50,234 nt of DNA. Source: an uncultured Chthoniobacterales bacterium. Its GTDB lineage: Bacteria > Verrucomicrobiota > Verrucomicrobiia > Chthoniobacterales > SZAS-18. The notes below the pieces were generated by a model, which was not told where the DNA came from, did not search any database, and saw only the letters and a program-made list of their open reading frames with translations. The translations under genes and the position numbers were made by a program. Where the stretch lies: the NCBI GenBank assembly GCA_964246175.1, contig CAXTQD010000003.1:1-50234 (forward strand), written 5' to 3'. Positions 36,775-47,173 of the stretch are shown here, in pieces; within the stretch, counting starts at the first letter, position 1; each line of letters starts with the position of its first letter.

Positions 36775-37024
36775 CGACTTCGAGAATCGCGCGCGTCTCT
36801 ATGTGCTGGGGGCACTCGACGACGAGGAACTCGCGCATTTCGAGGAGGAACGCCATGGCCTCGGCACGGAGGCTGAGCGCATCATCCAGGAGTGCGAACG
36901 GCTTAACTCGATGTTCGCGCTAAGCTTGCGCCCGACCCCGCCCAAGGCCACGACGAAGCAAAAGCTTTTGGATATGGTCAACGCGGCCATGACTGCGCAG
37001 GGCAAGAAGGCGCCACCGCTTTAG
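36764..37024 (+). CDS. Short anti-sigma-domain protein (RskA N-terminus-like)
   Basis: LYVLGALDDEELAHFEE...PPKATTKQKLL; overlaps the sigma gene stop. Confidence 0.7.
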   Translation: MNSDDFENRARLYVLGALDDEELAHFEEERHGLGTEAERIIQECERLNSMFALSLRPTPPKATTKQKLLDMVNAAMTAQGKKAPPL

Positions 37025-37068
37025 GCTTCGGCGCAGCCGTCAGGAGTGGATTTCGCCTCCGGTGTGCG

Positions 37069-37097
37069 TTGACACGCTGAGAGGCAGTCCATATCTT
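37069..37097 (+). promoter_or_regulatory. Putative sigma70 promoter of the pilus/T2SS cluster
   Basis: TTGACA-N17-TATCTT, 52 bp upstream of the GTG start at 37150. Confidence 0.55.
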
Positions 37098-37149
37098 GCT
37101 GCGGGGGACCCCCTTTCCCGTCCGTTCCACCCTCTGATTTCCCTCCGAG

Positions 37150-38856
37150 GTGACTCCCAACGACGCCTACATTCTGGAACTGCTCCAGGACGCTTACCTG
37201 ACCACCAAGGACCAGGCGTTTGAGGCCCAGGAACACGCCACGCAGCACGACGGCGGGGTGGTGCACAGCCTGATCGCGCTCGGCCACATCACCCAGGAGG
37301 ACGTGACCAAGACGGTCGCCGCGGCCTCCAACATGGAGTACATCGATCTGGCGAGCATCTTGGTAAAGCCCGAGATCATCGACCTGATCCCGCGCGACAA
37401 GGCTGCCCGCTACAAGGCGATCCCCATCACGCTGAACGATGACGTGCTCGTCGTTGCCATCAGCGATCCGCTGGACTTCGACGCGCTGGACAATCTGCGC
37501 TTCCTCCTCAAGCGCGAGATCGAGACCGTTTGCTCGACGCCCGAGCAGATCAAGCAGGCGCTCATCAAATACTACGGCAGCGCTGAGGAGGCCGGCGACC
37601 GTCTGCTCGGTGCCCTTGGACGCGACGAAGAGATGTCGGGCATTGATCTGATGGCGAGCCAGGAGGAAGAAGGCACTTCGGGCGACTCGGCCATCATCAA
37701 GCTGGTTTCTTTGCTGCTTTTGGAAGCGTACAAGACGCGGGCGAGTGACATTCATCTGGAGCCCCTGGAAAAGCGTTTCCGGGTACGCTTCCGCATCGAC
37801 GGTGTTTTGCAGGAAATGCAGAACCCGCCCAAGAAGCTGCAATCGGCCATCGTCAGTCGGCTCAAGATCATGAGCGGCACGATGTCCATCGCCGAAAAGC
37901 GCCTCCCGCAGGACGGCCGCATCCAGGTCAAGATGGGCAAGAAGTCCATCGACTTGCGGGTCTCCACGATCCCGACCAACCACGGTGAGAGCGTGGTCAT
38001 GCGTATTCTGGATAAGTCTAGCCTGTCGCTCGGCTTACCGGAGTTGGGCTTCCTTACGGACGACCAAGCGACCTTCGAAAAGTTGATCACCTTGCCTGAC
38101 GGCATCCTGCTCGTCACCGGGCCGACTGGCTCGGGCAAGACGACCACGCTCTACGCGTGTTTGAACTACATCAACCGGCCTGACCGCAAGATCATCACGG
38201 TCGAGGACCCGGTCGAGTACCAGATGGCTGGCATCAACCAAGTGCAGGTCAACGCCGACATCGGTATGACGTTCCCGGCCGCGTTGCGCTCGATGCTCCG
38301 GCAAGCGCCGAACATCATCATGATCGGCGAGATTCGAGACCTGGAGACGGCTTCCATCGCCATCAACGCGAGCCTCACGGGTCACCTCGTCTTCTCCACC
38401 CTGCACACCAACGATGCCCCCGGTGCGGTTGCCCGCTTGGTGGACATGGGCATCAAGCCGTTCCTTGTCGCCACCTCGACGCGCGCGATCATGGCCCAGC
38501 GCCTTGTGCGCAAGCTCTGCGGCCAGTGCAAACAGCCTACCGATCTGACCGAGGGCGAATTGCGCGCCCTGCGCATCGAGGAAAGCCAGATGGATCACGC
38601 GCACCCGATGGGCGCGGTCGGCTGCGACAACTGCCGCCACAAAGGCTACCGCGGACGCATGGGCATCTTCGAGGTGTTCGAGATCGACGACGAGGTGCGC
38701 TTTATGATCAACGACCGCCTTTCGACCATGCAACTCCGCCAGCGTGCCCGCGAACTCGGCATGCGCACCCTGCGTGAGGATGGCGTGCGCAAGGTGCTCG
38801 CCGGCACGACCACGGCGGAGGAAGTCGTCACCGCGACGATGGGCGACGCCGCTTAA
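37150..38856 (+). CDS. GspE/PilB family assembly ATPase (copy 1)
   Basis: ASDIHLEP, RLPQDGR, GPTGSGKTT, IGEIRD, TLHTND; CGQC/CDNC Zn motif. Confidence 0.93.
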   Translation: MTPNDAYILELLQDAYLTTKDQAFEAQEHATQHDGGVVHSLIALGHITQEDVTKTVAAASNMEYIDLASILVKPEIIDLIPRDKAARYKAIPITLNDDVLVVAISDPLDFDALDNLRFLLKREIETVCSTPEQIKQALIKYYGSAEEAGDRLLGALGRDEEMSGIDLMASQEEEGTSGDSAIIKLVSLLLLEAYKTRASDIHLEPLEKRFRVRFRIDGVLQEMQNPPKKLQSAIVSRLKIMSGTMSIAEKRLPQDGRIQVKMGKKSIDLRVSTIPTNHGESVVMRILDKSSLSLGLPELGFLTDDQATFEKLITLPDGILLVTGPTGSGKTTTLYACLNYINRPDRKIITVEDPVEYQMAGINQVQVNADIGMTFPAALRSMLRQAPNIIMIGEIRDLETASIAINASLTGHLVFSTLHTNDAPGAVARLVDMGIKPFLVATSTRAIMAQRLVRKLCGQCKQPTDLTEGELRALRIEESQMDHAHPMGAVGCDNCRHKGYRGRMGIFEVFEIDDEVRFMINDRLSTMQLRQRARELGMRTLREDGVRKVLAGTTTAEEVVTATMGDAA

Positions 38857-38876
38857 GGCACGCTTCCTTTCCCCGC

Positions 38877-39953
38877 ATGACGCCCGTCGAAGATCTGTTG
38901 CGGCTCGTCTTGGAAGAGGGGAGTTCGGACCTGCACATCACGGCCGGCGCGCCGCCGTCGATCCGCCTCGACGGGCAGATCGTCAAGCTCGAACTCCCCG
39001 TTTGGACACCCGCCGACACCGAGGAAGCCGCTCGTTCCATCGCCAAGGACGAGCACATCAAGAAACTTTACGAACATGGTGGCGTCGATTTTGCGCTGGC
39101 GTTCCGCGAGGACGCGCGCTTTCGCGTCAGCCTGTTTTTGCAGAAGGGTTCGGTCGGGCTCGTGGCCCGGTTGATCCCGAACCGCATCCGCACCATGGAG
39201 GAGATCGGGCTGCCGGCGGCGATGCACGACCTGATCCACGTCCCGCGCGGCCTGATCCTCGTCACCGGGCCGACCGGCTCGGGGAAGTCTACGTCGCTCG
39301 CCAGCATGATCGACGTGATCAACAAGCGTTCGCGCCTGCACGTCGTCACGGTCGAGGACCCCATCGAATATTTCCACCAGCACCGCCAAGGTCTCATCAA
39401 CCAGCGCGAGGTCGGTGTGGACGTGCCGACGTTCGGGGAGGCGCTCAAGCGCGTCCTGCGCCAGGACCCGGACGTGATCCTCGTCGGCGAGATGCGCGAC
39501 CTGGAAACGATGGAAGCTGCCATCACCGCGGCCGAGACCGGGCACCTCGTGTTCTCCACCCTGCACACCACGGGTGCGGCCAGGACGGTAGACCGCATCA
39601 TCGACGCGTTCCCGGCCAACCAGCAGGAACAGGTCCGCATCCAGCTCGCCTCCAACCTCAAGGCCGTCCTGAGCCAGCTCCTCATCCCGCGAGCGGATGG
39701 CGTCGGACGCGTGGCGGCCTTCGAGTTGATGGTTAACACCCCGTCCATCGGTGCGATGATCCGCGAGAACAAGACCTACCGCATCGCCAGCGACATCCAC
39801 ACGGGCGGCAAGTTCGGCATGGTGGCGTTGGAGTCGCACATGGTCGACCTTTACCACCGCGGCCTCATCAGCCAGCACGATGTGCTCTTGCGGGCGCAGG
39901 ACCCGGTCGTGGCCCAGCAGCTTCTGAAGATGCGCGAACCCGGCGCGGCCTAG
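38877..39953 (+). CDS. pilT: Type IV pilus retraction ATPase
   Basis: SSDLHITAG, GPTGSGKST, EDPIE, LRQDPD, AETGHLV; SIGAMIRE (variant of AIRNLIRE). Confidence 0.9.
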   Translation: MTPVEDLLRLVLEEGSSDLHITAGAPPSIRLDGQIVKLELPVWTPADTEEAARSIAKDEHIKKLYEHGGVDFALAFREDARFRVSLFLQKGSVGLVARLIPNRIRTMEEIGLPAAMHDLIHVPRGLILVTGPTGSGKSTSLASMIDVINKRSRLHVVTVEDPIEYFHQHRQGLINQREVGVDVPTFGEALKRVLRQDPDVILVGEMRDLETMEAAITAAETGHLVFSTLHTTGAARTVDRIIDAFPANQQEQVRIQLASNLKAVLSQLLIPRADGVGRVAAFELMVNTPSIGAMIRENKTYRIASDIHTGGKFGMVALESHMVDLYHRGLISQHDVLLRAQDPVVAQQLLKMREPGAA

Positions 39954-39970
39954 CCCTTCCCCTTCCTCCC

Positions 39971-41656
39971 ATGACCACCGACCAGCAAATCCTCGATCTC
40001 CTCGTTGACCAAGGGGTCGTGCAGCGTTCCCAGACTGAGGACATCCTCTCCGAGATCGGCAATTCGGGCAAAACGCTCGTGCAGGTGCTCATCGATTTCG
40101 AGATCACCGACGAGGACGGTTATTACCAGACGCTCGCGGACGCCATCGGCGCGGACTTCGTCAAGCTGGACAACTACGAGGTGCCGCAGGAAATCCAGCG
40201 CCTCATCCCGGGCGGCACCGCGCGGTTGCACGGCGCGCTGCCCATCGGCCAGTCGGGCCACACGGTCGTCGCGGCGCTGCTCGACCCGCTCGACTCGCAG
40301 GTGGCCGACGACCTGCGTTTCGCCCTTGGACGGGACATCCAGGTGGTCGTCGCTCCGTTCTACCAGATCAGTGAACGCCTGAGCCTGTACTACGGCGCCG
40401 ACATGGCCAACATGGACGAGGTGCTCAAGGAGATGTCCTCCTTCGGCGCGGAGTACGGCGAAGGTGGGCCGAACCAGGGTGACATCGCCAACGAGGCCAA
40501 CAGCGCGCCCATCATCCGCTTCGTGGACCTGATCCTCTACCAGGCGATCCAGGATCGGGCGAGCGACATCCACTTCGAGCCGTTCGAGTACGAGTTCAAG
40601 ATCCGCTACCGGGTGGACGGCGCGCTCTACGAGATGGCCCCGCCGCCGCGCCACCTCGCGCTGCCCGTCATTTCGCGCGTCAAGGTCATGGCGAACCTCA
40701 ACATCGCCGAGCGCCGCCTGCCGCAGGACGGCCGCATCCAGCGAACCATCGCCGAGCGCGCCGTGGACCTGCGTGTCTCGACCCTGCCCACGCAGTACGG
40801 CGAGAGCGTGGTCTTGCGCGTGCTCGACCGGAGTTCGGTCAACCTCGACCTGGAGGCGCTCAACATGCCTCCGTACATCTATAACTACCTGACGACGACC
40901 ATCGAGAAGCCCAACGGCATCTTCATCGTCACGGGGCCGACCGGTTCGGGCAAGACGACGACGCTCTACGCCTGCCTGCGCAAGATCAACACCATCGACA
41001 GCAAGCTTCTCACCGCCGAGGACCCCGTGGAGTATGATATCGAGGGGCTCATCCAGGTCCCCATCAACGAAGGGATCGGCCTGACCTTCGGCCGCGTCTT
41101 GCGCGCGTTCTTGCGGCAGGACCCCGACCGCATCATGGTCGGCGAGACGCGCGACCTGGAAACGGCGCAGATCGCCATCCAGGCGTCGCTGACGGGCCAC
41201 CTGGTGTTCTCCACGCTCCACACCAACGACGCTGCCGGGGCTGTTACCCGCCTCGTGGACATGGGCGTGGAGCCGTTCCTGATTTCGTCGAGCTTGGAGG
41301 GCATCCTGGCCCAGCGCCTCATCCGGCGCATCTGCACGCACTGCCGCACCGCCTACGAGCCCAGGGAAGAACTCCTCGCCCAGATGGGCCTCTCGCCGCA
41401 CGAGATCGGCGACAAGAGCTTCTACTACGGCACCGGCTGCGACGCGTGCAACCAGACCGGCTACAAGGGTCGCAAGGGCATCTACGAACTCCTCGCGATC
41501 ACCGACCCCGTCCGCGAGTTGATCAACCAACGCGCCCCATCGCTCGTCATCAAGCAGAAGGCGATGGAACTGGGAATGATCACGCTGCGTGAGGACGGTT
41601 TACGCAGTATTTACGATGGCGATACAACCATCGAAGAAGTGTTGAAGTATACATAA
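39971..41656 (+). CDS. GspE/PilB family assembly ATPase (copy 2)
   Basis: ASDIHFEP, GPTGSGKTT, LRQDPD; CTHC/CDAC Zn motif. Confidence 0.93.
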   Translation: MTTDQQILDLLVDQGVVQRSQTEDILSEIGNSGKTLVQVLIDFEITDEDGYYQTLADAIGADFVKLDNYEVPQEIQRLIPGGTARLHGALPIGQSGHTVVAALLDPLDSQVADDLRFALGRDIQVVVAPFYQISERLSLYYGADMANMDEVLKEMSSFGAEYGEGGPNQGDIANEANSAPIIRFVDLILYQAIQDRASDIHFEPFEYEFKIRYRVDGALYEMAPPPRHLALPVISRVKVMANLNIAERRLPQDGRIQRTIAERAVDLRVSTLPTQYGESVVLRVLDRSSVNLDLEALNMPPYIYNYLTTTIEKPNGIFIVTGPTGSGKTTTLYACLRKINTIDSKLLTAEDPVEYDIEGLIQVPINEGIGLTFGRVLRAFLRQDPDRIMVGETRDLETAQIAIQASLTGHLVFSTLHTNDAAGAVTRLVDMGVEPFLISSSLEGILAQRLIRRICTHCRTAYEPREELLAQMGLSPHEIGDKSFYYGTGCDACNQTGYKGRKGIYELLAITDPVRELINQRAPSLVIKQKAMELGMITLREDGLRSIYDGDTTIEEVLKYT

Positions 41657-41741
41657 CGCGCCTGGCGCGGTGACGAATTTTCTATCGACAAGGCCGCAGG
41701 CGGTCCGCATAACTCGACAATCCCTCTAACCCCCTCGGAAC

Positions 41742-43037
41742 ATGCCAAGATTTAATTACGTCGCCCTGGATGCCCGCGGACAAGAGTCCACCGGATTGAT
41801 CGAAGCCTCCAACACCAACGACGCCGTTGGCCAGTTGCGCCAGGCTGGGTACTTCCCCACGAGCGTGTACGAGGAAGGCAAGAACGGCGCGGGCGGGGCG
41901 GCAAAGGCCAAGAAGAGCCCGGCCGTTGCCAAAGCAACTTCCAAGACTCCGGCGGCCGCCAAGAAGAGGGGGGCCAAGGTGGCCAACAAGGCGGTCAAGG
42001 CCAAGATCCTGATGATCTTCACTCGGCAGTTGGCGACCCTCATCGATGCCGGCCTGCCGCTGTTGCGTGGCCTGATGGTGCTCGAAAAGCAGGAGCGCGA
42101 CCCCGTGCTGAAAGCGACCATCGCCAAGCTCAGCGACGCCGTGCAGGGCGGCAGCACGTTCTCAGAAGGACTGGCGCAACACCCGAAGATTTTCAACAAG
42201 CTCTACATCAACATGGTCAAGGCCGGCGAGGTCGGCGGTGTGTTGGAACTGGTGCTCATCCGCTTGGCTGAGTTCCAGGAAAAGGCGCAGAAGGTCAAGA
42301 ACAAGGTCGTCGCGGCGATGTTCTACCCGATCATCGTGTTGGTGATCGCGGTTGCCATCATGGGCTTCCTGCTGGTGTTCATCGTGCCGAAGTTCGAGCA
42401 GATTTTCCACGACATGCTCAACGGCAAGCCGCTGCCGGCCCTGACCGAGTACGTCATCGCGGTCAGTCGTGCGGTACAGACCAACTGGTATATCATCATC
42501 GCCGTGGTGGCTGTGCTGGTGGTGGCTTACCGGGCGTTCGCGGCGACGGCGAGCGGCCGGGTGACCCTCGACAAGATCAAGCTGCGTCTGCCGCTTTTCG
42601 GCGACCTGGTGCGCAAGAGTTCGATTTCGCGCTTCAGCCGCACGCTGGGCACGCTCGTGACGAGCGGCGTGCCGATCCTCCAGGCACTCAACATCACGCG
42701 TGAGACGGCCGGCAACCACGTCGTCGGTGAGGCCATCGGCAAGGTCCACGACAGCGTCAAGGAAGGTGAGTCCATCGTACAGCCCCTGGAGGCGAGCGGC
42801 ATCTTCCCGCCGATGGTGATTTCCATGATCGACGTGGGCGAGGAAACCGGTCAGCTCCCGGAAATGCTCCTCAAGGTTGCAGAGGTGTACGACGACGAGG
42901 TGGACAACGCCGTGGCCGGTTTAACCTCGCTGTTGGAGCCAATCATGATCGTGTTCTTGGCCGTCGTGGTCGGCACGATCGTCATCGCGTTGTTCCTGCC
43001 GCTGATCACGATCATCCAGCAGATGCAGGGTGGCTAG
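41742..43037 (+). CDS. pilC: GspF/PilC inner-membrane platform protein
   Basis: FTRQLATLIDAGLPL, AGEVGGVL, GEETGQL and LLEPIMIV motifs. Confidence 0.92.
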   Translation: MPRFNYVALDARGQESTGLIEASNTNDAVGQLRQAGYFPTSVYEEGKNGAGGAAKAKKSPAVAKATSKTPAAAKKRGAKVANKAVKAKILMIFTRQLATLIDAGLPLLRGLMVLEKQERDPVLKATIAKLSDAVQGGSTFSEGLAQHPKIFNKLYINMVKAGEVGGVLELVLIRLAEFQEKAQKVKNKVVAAMFYPIIVLVIAVAIMGFLLVFIVPKFEQIFHDMLNGKPLPALTEYVIAVSRAVQTNWYIIIAVVAVLVVAYRAFAATASGRVTLDKIKLRLPLFGDLVRKSSISRFSRTLGTLVTSGVPILQALNITRETAGNHVVGEAIGKVHDSVKEGESIVQPLEASGIFPPMVISMIDVGEETGQLPEMLLKVAEVYDDEVDNAVAGLTSLLEPIMIVFLAVVVGTIVIALFLPLITIIQQMQGG

Positions 43038-43038
43038 C

Positions 43039-43677
43039 ATGAGCCATCGCACTATTTTCATGCGGCCCGGCGTCACCTGCCGCGGTTTCACGCTGATCGA
43101 ACTGCTGACCGTCATCGCCATCATCTTGGTGTTGGCAGGGCTGTTGCTCGACGTGGCGGGCAACGCGAACTACAAGAGCAGCTTCGCGCGGGCCCAGGCC
43201 GAGGTGAAGGCGATGGAAACGGCTCTGGAGGGCTACAAGGCTGACAACGGCACCTACCCGCGGAGCAACGACACGGATTCGCTCAACGCGCAGGCGAATA
43301 CCCCGCCCGATCCCAACACCTACCAAACGGCTGGCAAGTACCTCTACAAGAGCTTGAGCGGTTACGTTGATGGCATCACCTTTAACAAGCGATACATGGA
43401 ATTCAAACCTGGCCAGTTGTCTACCAGTACTAACGCGGTGACAACGGGCACGTACGTCACCGATCCCTTCGGCTTGGCCTACGGCTATTCTACGGCTAAC
43501 CAAGCCGCGCAGGATGCGGCGAGCGGTACTAGCAACTCACCCGACTCCAGCAAAGGTTACAATCCGACGTTCGATCTCTGGTCAACCGGCGGCTACTCGA
43601 CGACCGGCGGCAAGACTTATCCTACCGGCGCGAACACGGGTTCTGCCGCCGCCGCTCTGTGGGCGAAGAACTGGTAG
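43039..43677 (+). CDS. Prepilin/pseudopilin (GspG-like)
   Basis: RG|FTLIELLTVIAII class III signal; ALEGYKADNGTYP; DPFGLAY; FDLWSTG. Start uncertain. Confidence 0.88.
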   Translation: MSHRTIFMRPGVTCRGFTLIELLTVIAIILVLAGLLLDVAGNANYKSSFARAQAEVKAMETALEGYKADNGTYPRSNDTDSLNAQANTPPDPNTYQTAGKYLYKSLSGYVDGITFNKRYMEFKPGQLSTSTNAVTTGTYVTDPFGLAYGYSTANQAAQDAASGTSNSPDSSKGYNPTFDLWSTGGYSTTGGKTYPTGANTGSAAAALWAKNW

Positions 43678-43712
43678 GAGCGGGAGACCCAGATAAAAAC
43701 GAATCAGGAAGT

Positions 43713-44696
43713 ATGGAATATACTTCCCTCGGTCAGACCGGCCTCCAAGTTTCGCGCCTCTGTCTGGGCTGCATGAGCTACGGCTCGTCCAAGTGGCGGG
43801 ACTGGGTGCTCGAATACGATGCGGCGTTGCCGTTTTTCCGGCAGGCACACGAAGCGGGTGTGAACTTCTACGACACCGCCGACATGTACTCGGACGGGGC
43901 TAGCGAGGAGGTCCTCGGCCGCGCGCTGAAGGAACTCGCCGTCCCACGCGAACAGGTCGTCATTGCCAGCAAGCTCTTCAACCCCACCGGCAAGAGCCCC
44001 AACGAACGCGGCACGGCGCGCAAGCACGTCCGCCACGCGATCGAAAACACCTTGCGCCGGCTCGGCACCGATTACGTCGACCTCTACCAGATCCACCGCT
44101 ACGACCGCGGCACGCCCGTGGAGGAGACCCTCGACGCCTTGAGCCAACTCGTGAACGAAGGCAAGGTGCTCTACCTGGGCGCGTCGAGCATGGCGGCGTG
44201 GGAGTTCGCTAAGTTCCTCTACAAGGCCGACGGTGGCGGGTTCCAGCGGTTCGTCTCAATGCAGAACCACTACAACCTCGTCTACCGTGAGGAGGAGCGC
44301 GAGATGATCCCGCTCTGCCGCGAAGAAGGCATCGGCCTCATCCCGTGGAGCCCCTTGGCGCGCGGCTTCTTGGCGGGCAACCGTGACAAGGCGAGCAAGG
44401 GCGAGACAACCCGTGCGAAGTCCGACGACTTCGCGCACAAGATGTACTACGAGGACAGCGACTTCGAGATCGTGGACCGCGTGGTGGCTGTCGCCAAGGA
44501 AACCGGCACAACCCCCGCGGAGGTAGCACTCGCCTGGATGTTGCAGAAACCGGAGGTCACCGCGCCGATCATCGGAGCCACCAAGGAGCACCACCTCGGC
44601 GACGCGTTCAAAGCGATGGACCTTCAGTTGACACCCGAGCAGATCAAGCACTTGGAGGAACCGTACCGTCCGCACCCGGTGCTTGGTTTTTCGTGA
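43713..44696 (+). CDS. Aldo/keto reductase
   Basis: LCLGCM, DTADMYSDG, DYVDLYQIHR and PWSPLARG motifs. Confidence 0.95.
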   Translation: MEYTSLGQTGLQVSRLCLGCMSYGSSKWRDWVLEYDAALPFFRQAHEAGVNFYDTADMYSDGASEEVLGRALKELAVPREQVVIASKLFNPTGKSPNERGTARKHVRHAIENTLRRLGTDYVDLYQIHRYDRGTPVEETLDALSQLVNEGKVLYLGASSMAAWEFAKFLYKADGGGFQRFVSMQNHYNLVYREEEREMIPLCREEGIGLIPWSPLARGFLAGNRDKASKGETTRAKSDDFAHKMYYEDSDFEIVDRVVAVAKETGTTPAEVALAWMLQKPEVTAPIIGATKEHHLGDAFKAMDLQLTPEQIKHLEEPYRPHPVLGFS

Positions 44697-44752
44697 CCGA
44701 CCAATGGGGTGGCTGCGTTGCAGCCTGCCCAGACAACGTCGATAGTCTAGGC

Positions 44753-45801
44753 ATGACGCCCTTCGCTCCTCGCCACTTCGCCAGCGACAACAACGCCGGC
44801 ATGTGCCCGGAAGTGCTCGCCGCCTTAGCAGAATCCAACGCCCACCACCTGCCCGGCTACGGCGACGACCCCTGGACGCGTCGCGCCGAAGAACTGGTCC
44901 GCGAGACCTTCGAGTCCGATTGCGAGGCGTTCTTCGTCTTCAACGGCACGGCGGCCAACTGCCTGTCCCTCTGGAGCCTCTGCGAACCTTTCCACCGGGT
45001 GATTTGCCACCAATTCTCGCACATCCAGACCGACGAATGCGGTGCGCCTGGATTCTTCGTCCACGGGGTGACGCTGCATCCGGTGGATAGCTCCGACGGC
45101 AAGCTCACGCCCGACAGCGTGCGCGAGGGCAGCCGCACGCCGCACGGCTTCCACGGCTCCGAGCCACGCGTTGTCAGCCTGACCCAGACGACTGAACTCG
45201 GCACCGTCTACACGCCCGCCGACGTGCGCGCGGTCGCCGACGCCGCGCACACCCTCGGATTGGCCGTCCACATGGACGGCGCCCGCTTCGCCAACGCCGC
45301 TGCGACCACCGGCGCATCCCCGGCTGACCTGACATGGCGTGCGGGCGTGGACGTGCTCAGCCTCGGCGGCACCAAGAACGGCGCGGCGTTCGGCGAAGCG
45401 GTGGTGTTCTTCGACCGCGCGAAGGCGGATAACTTCCGCCGCCGCTGCAAGCAGAGCGGGCAGTTGGCTTCCAAGATGCGCTTCCTTTCCGCGCAATGGG
45501 TCGGCCTCCTCGAAGGCGGCGTCTGGCTGCGCAATGCGACGACTGCCAACCGGGTGGCGGCCTACCTGGAAGAACGCATCGGTGCGCTGCCAGGAGTAAA
45601 GATCGCCTTTCCCCGACAGGCAAACGCAGTGTTCGCGCTGCTGCCGACGGCTGCGGCGGACGCGGTGGCGGCGCGGGGTTGGCGCTTTACAACCAACTGG
45701 GACCTGGCGGCGCGGCGCGGTTGATGTGCTCGTGGGACTCGACCGAGGCGGACGTGGACGCGTTCGTCGGCGACCTCACCGCGGCATTGCCCGGCGCGTA
45801 G
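44753..45801 (+). CDS. Low-specificity L-threonine aldolase with an apparent 1-bp frameshift near the 3' end
   Basis: FASDN, FNGTAAN, HMDGARFANA and GGTKNG motifs. The expected C-terminus (ARLMCSWDSTEADVDAF) is in another frame after TTT at 45686-45688. Confidence 0.88.
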
Positions 45802-45871
45802 GCGGGCAGCGGAAAGTTTTTTGCCGACAGGCAGACCGCCACCGGCAGGTCGTGGGTAGATTCCTTCGGTG

Positions 45872-47155
45872 ATGTCCACCGTGCCTCCGCTCACCACCTA
45901 TTCACCAGAAGAACTCATCGCCTTCGCACGTGCCCGCGTTCCGTTCTACGAACGGGCCTGCGCCGGTTTGCCCGACGGTGCCACGCTCGCGCAAATCCCC
46001 GTCATCGATCAGGAGAGCTACTGGCAAGCCCATACCCGCGACCCGCGCGAACTCCTCAGCGAGCCGCTCACCCACGGCGCCGTGCTCAACAGCGGCGGCA
46101 GCACGGGAGCGCCGAAGTTCGCTTACTACAACAACGAGGAGTGGGACTCGTCCGTCGCCCTCGAAGCGCGCGCGCTCGTCGGCACCGGGCTGGCCGACGG
46201 CGACCGCGTGGGTAACTTCTTCGCCTCCGGTTACCTGTATTTCTCCTTCATCCTGATGATGGAGTCGCTCAAGGCCGCCAGCGCGAAGGTCCTCCAACTG
46301 CCCATCGGCTACTTTGCACCGCTGCCCGACGCAGCCCGGCTGATGCGCGCGTTCAAGGTCAACGTCATCGCCGGGCTGCCGACGCACCTGATGAGCCTCG
46401 TCGACCATCTGGAAAAACACGGCTTCGACGACGTGTCGATCCAGCGTATCCTCTTCGCCGGCGAACCGCTCACCAGCGAACAGCGCCGGTACCTGCAAGG
46501 CCGCTACCCCGGCGTGGAGATCCGCTCCCTCGGGTACGCCAGCGTGGACGGAGGGATCATCGGCTACGCCGACAGCGGCTGCGGACCGGGCGAACACCGC
46601 GTTTTCGACGGCGCGGCCATCCTGGAAGTGCTGGACGAGGAAACCGGCGAGCCCATCGTCGAACCCGGCCGGGCGGGCCGGCTGGTCTTTACTAACTTGG
46701 TGCGGCGGTTGATGCCAACCCTGCGTTATCCGACCGGTGACCGCGGCCAGTGGGTCGAGCCGGCTGGCACGGCGGACCGAAAGTTCCTCCTGCTCGGCCG
46801 AGCGGAGGAGAGCGCCCGTCTGGCGAGCTACAACGTGCCTGTCGCCGAGATCACCACGCTGCTGGAGCCCTTCCGCGAGCGGCTAGGCATCCGCCACTTC
46901 CAACTCGCTGTGACCCAGGAAAACCTGCGCGACAAGCTCACGGTGCGCTTGGTGGCGACGGCGGAAACATCCGTGCGCGAGGCGGCGGGTAAAGAGATCG
47001 TGGAAACGTTCCTGCGCCAGAAACCGGTGCTCGGCGAGATGGTCGCGCGGGGGGTGGTCAACCCGGTGGCGGTCGAGTGGATCACGCTCGGGGAACTGGA
47101 AACCAACCCACGCACAGGCAAAACGCGCACTGTCGTGGACCGCCGTGTCGGCTAA
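45872..47155 (+). CDS. Phenylacetate-CoA ligase (PaaK) family adenylating enzyme
   Basis: VPFY, SGGSTGAPK, FAGE, GYASVD and LRYPTGD motifs. Confidence 0.88.
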   Translation: MSTVPPLTTYSPEELIAFARARVPFYERACAGLPDGATLAQIPVIDQESYWQAHTRDPRELLSEPLTHGAVLNSGGSTGAPKFAYYNNEEWDSSVALEARALVGTGLADGDRVGNFFASGYLYFSFILMMESLKAASAKVLQLPIGYFAPLPDAARLMRAFKVNVIAGLPTHLMSLVDHLEKHGFDDVSIQRILFAGEPLTSEQRRYLQGRYPGVEIRSLGYASVDGGIIGYADSGCGPGEHRVFDGAAILEVLDEETGEPIVEPGRAGRLVFTNLVRRLMPTLRYPTGDRGQWVEPAGTADRKFLLLGRAEESARLASYNVPVAEITTLLEPFRERLGIRHFQLAVTQENLRDKLTVRLVATAETSVREAAGKEIVETFLRQKPVLGEMVARGVVNPVAVEWITLGELETNPRTGKTRTVVDRRVG

Positions 47156-47173
47156 GCCAACGAGATTTGTTCC

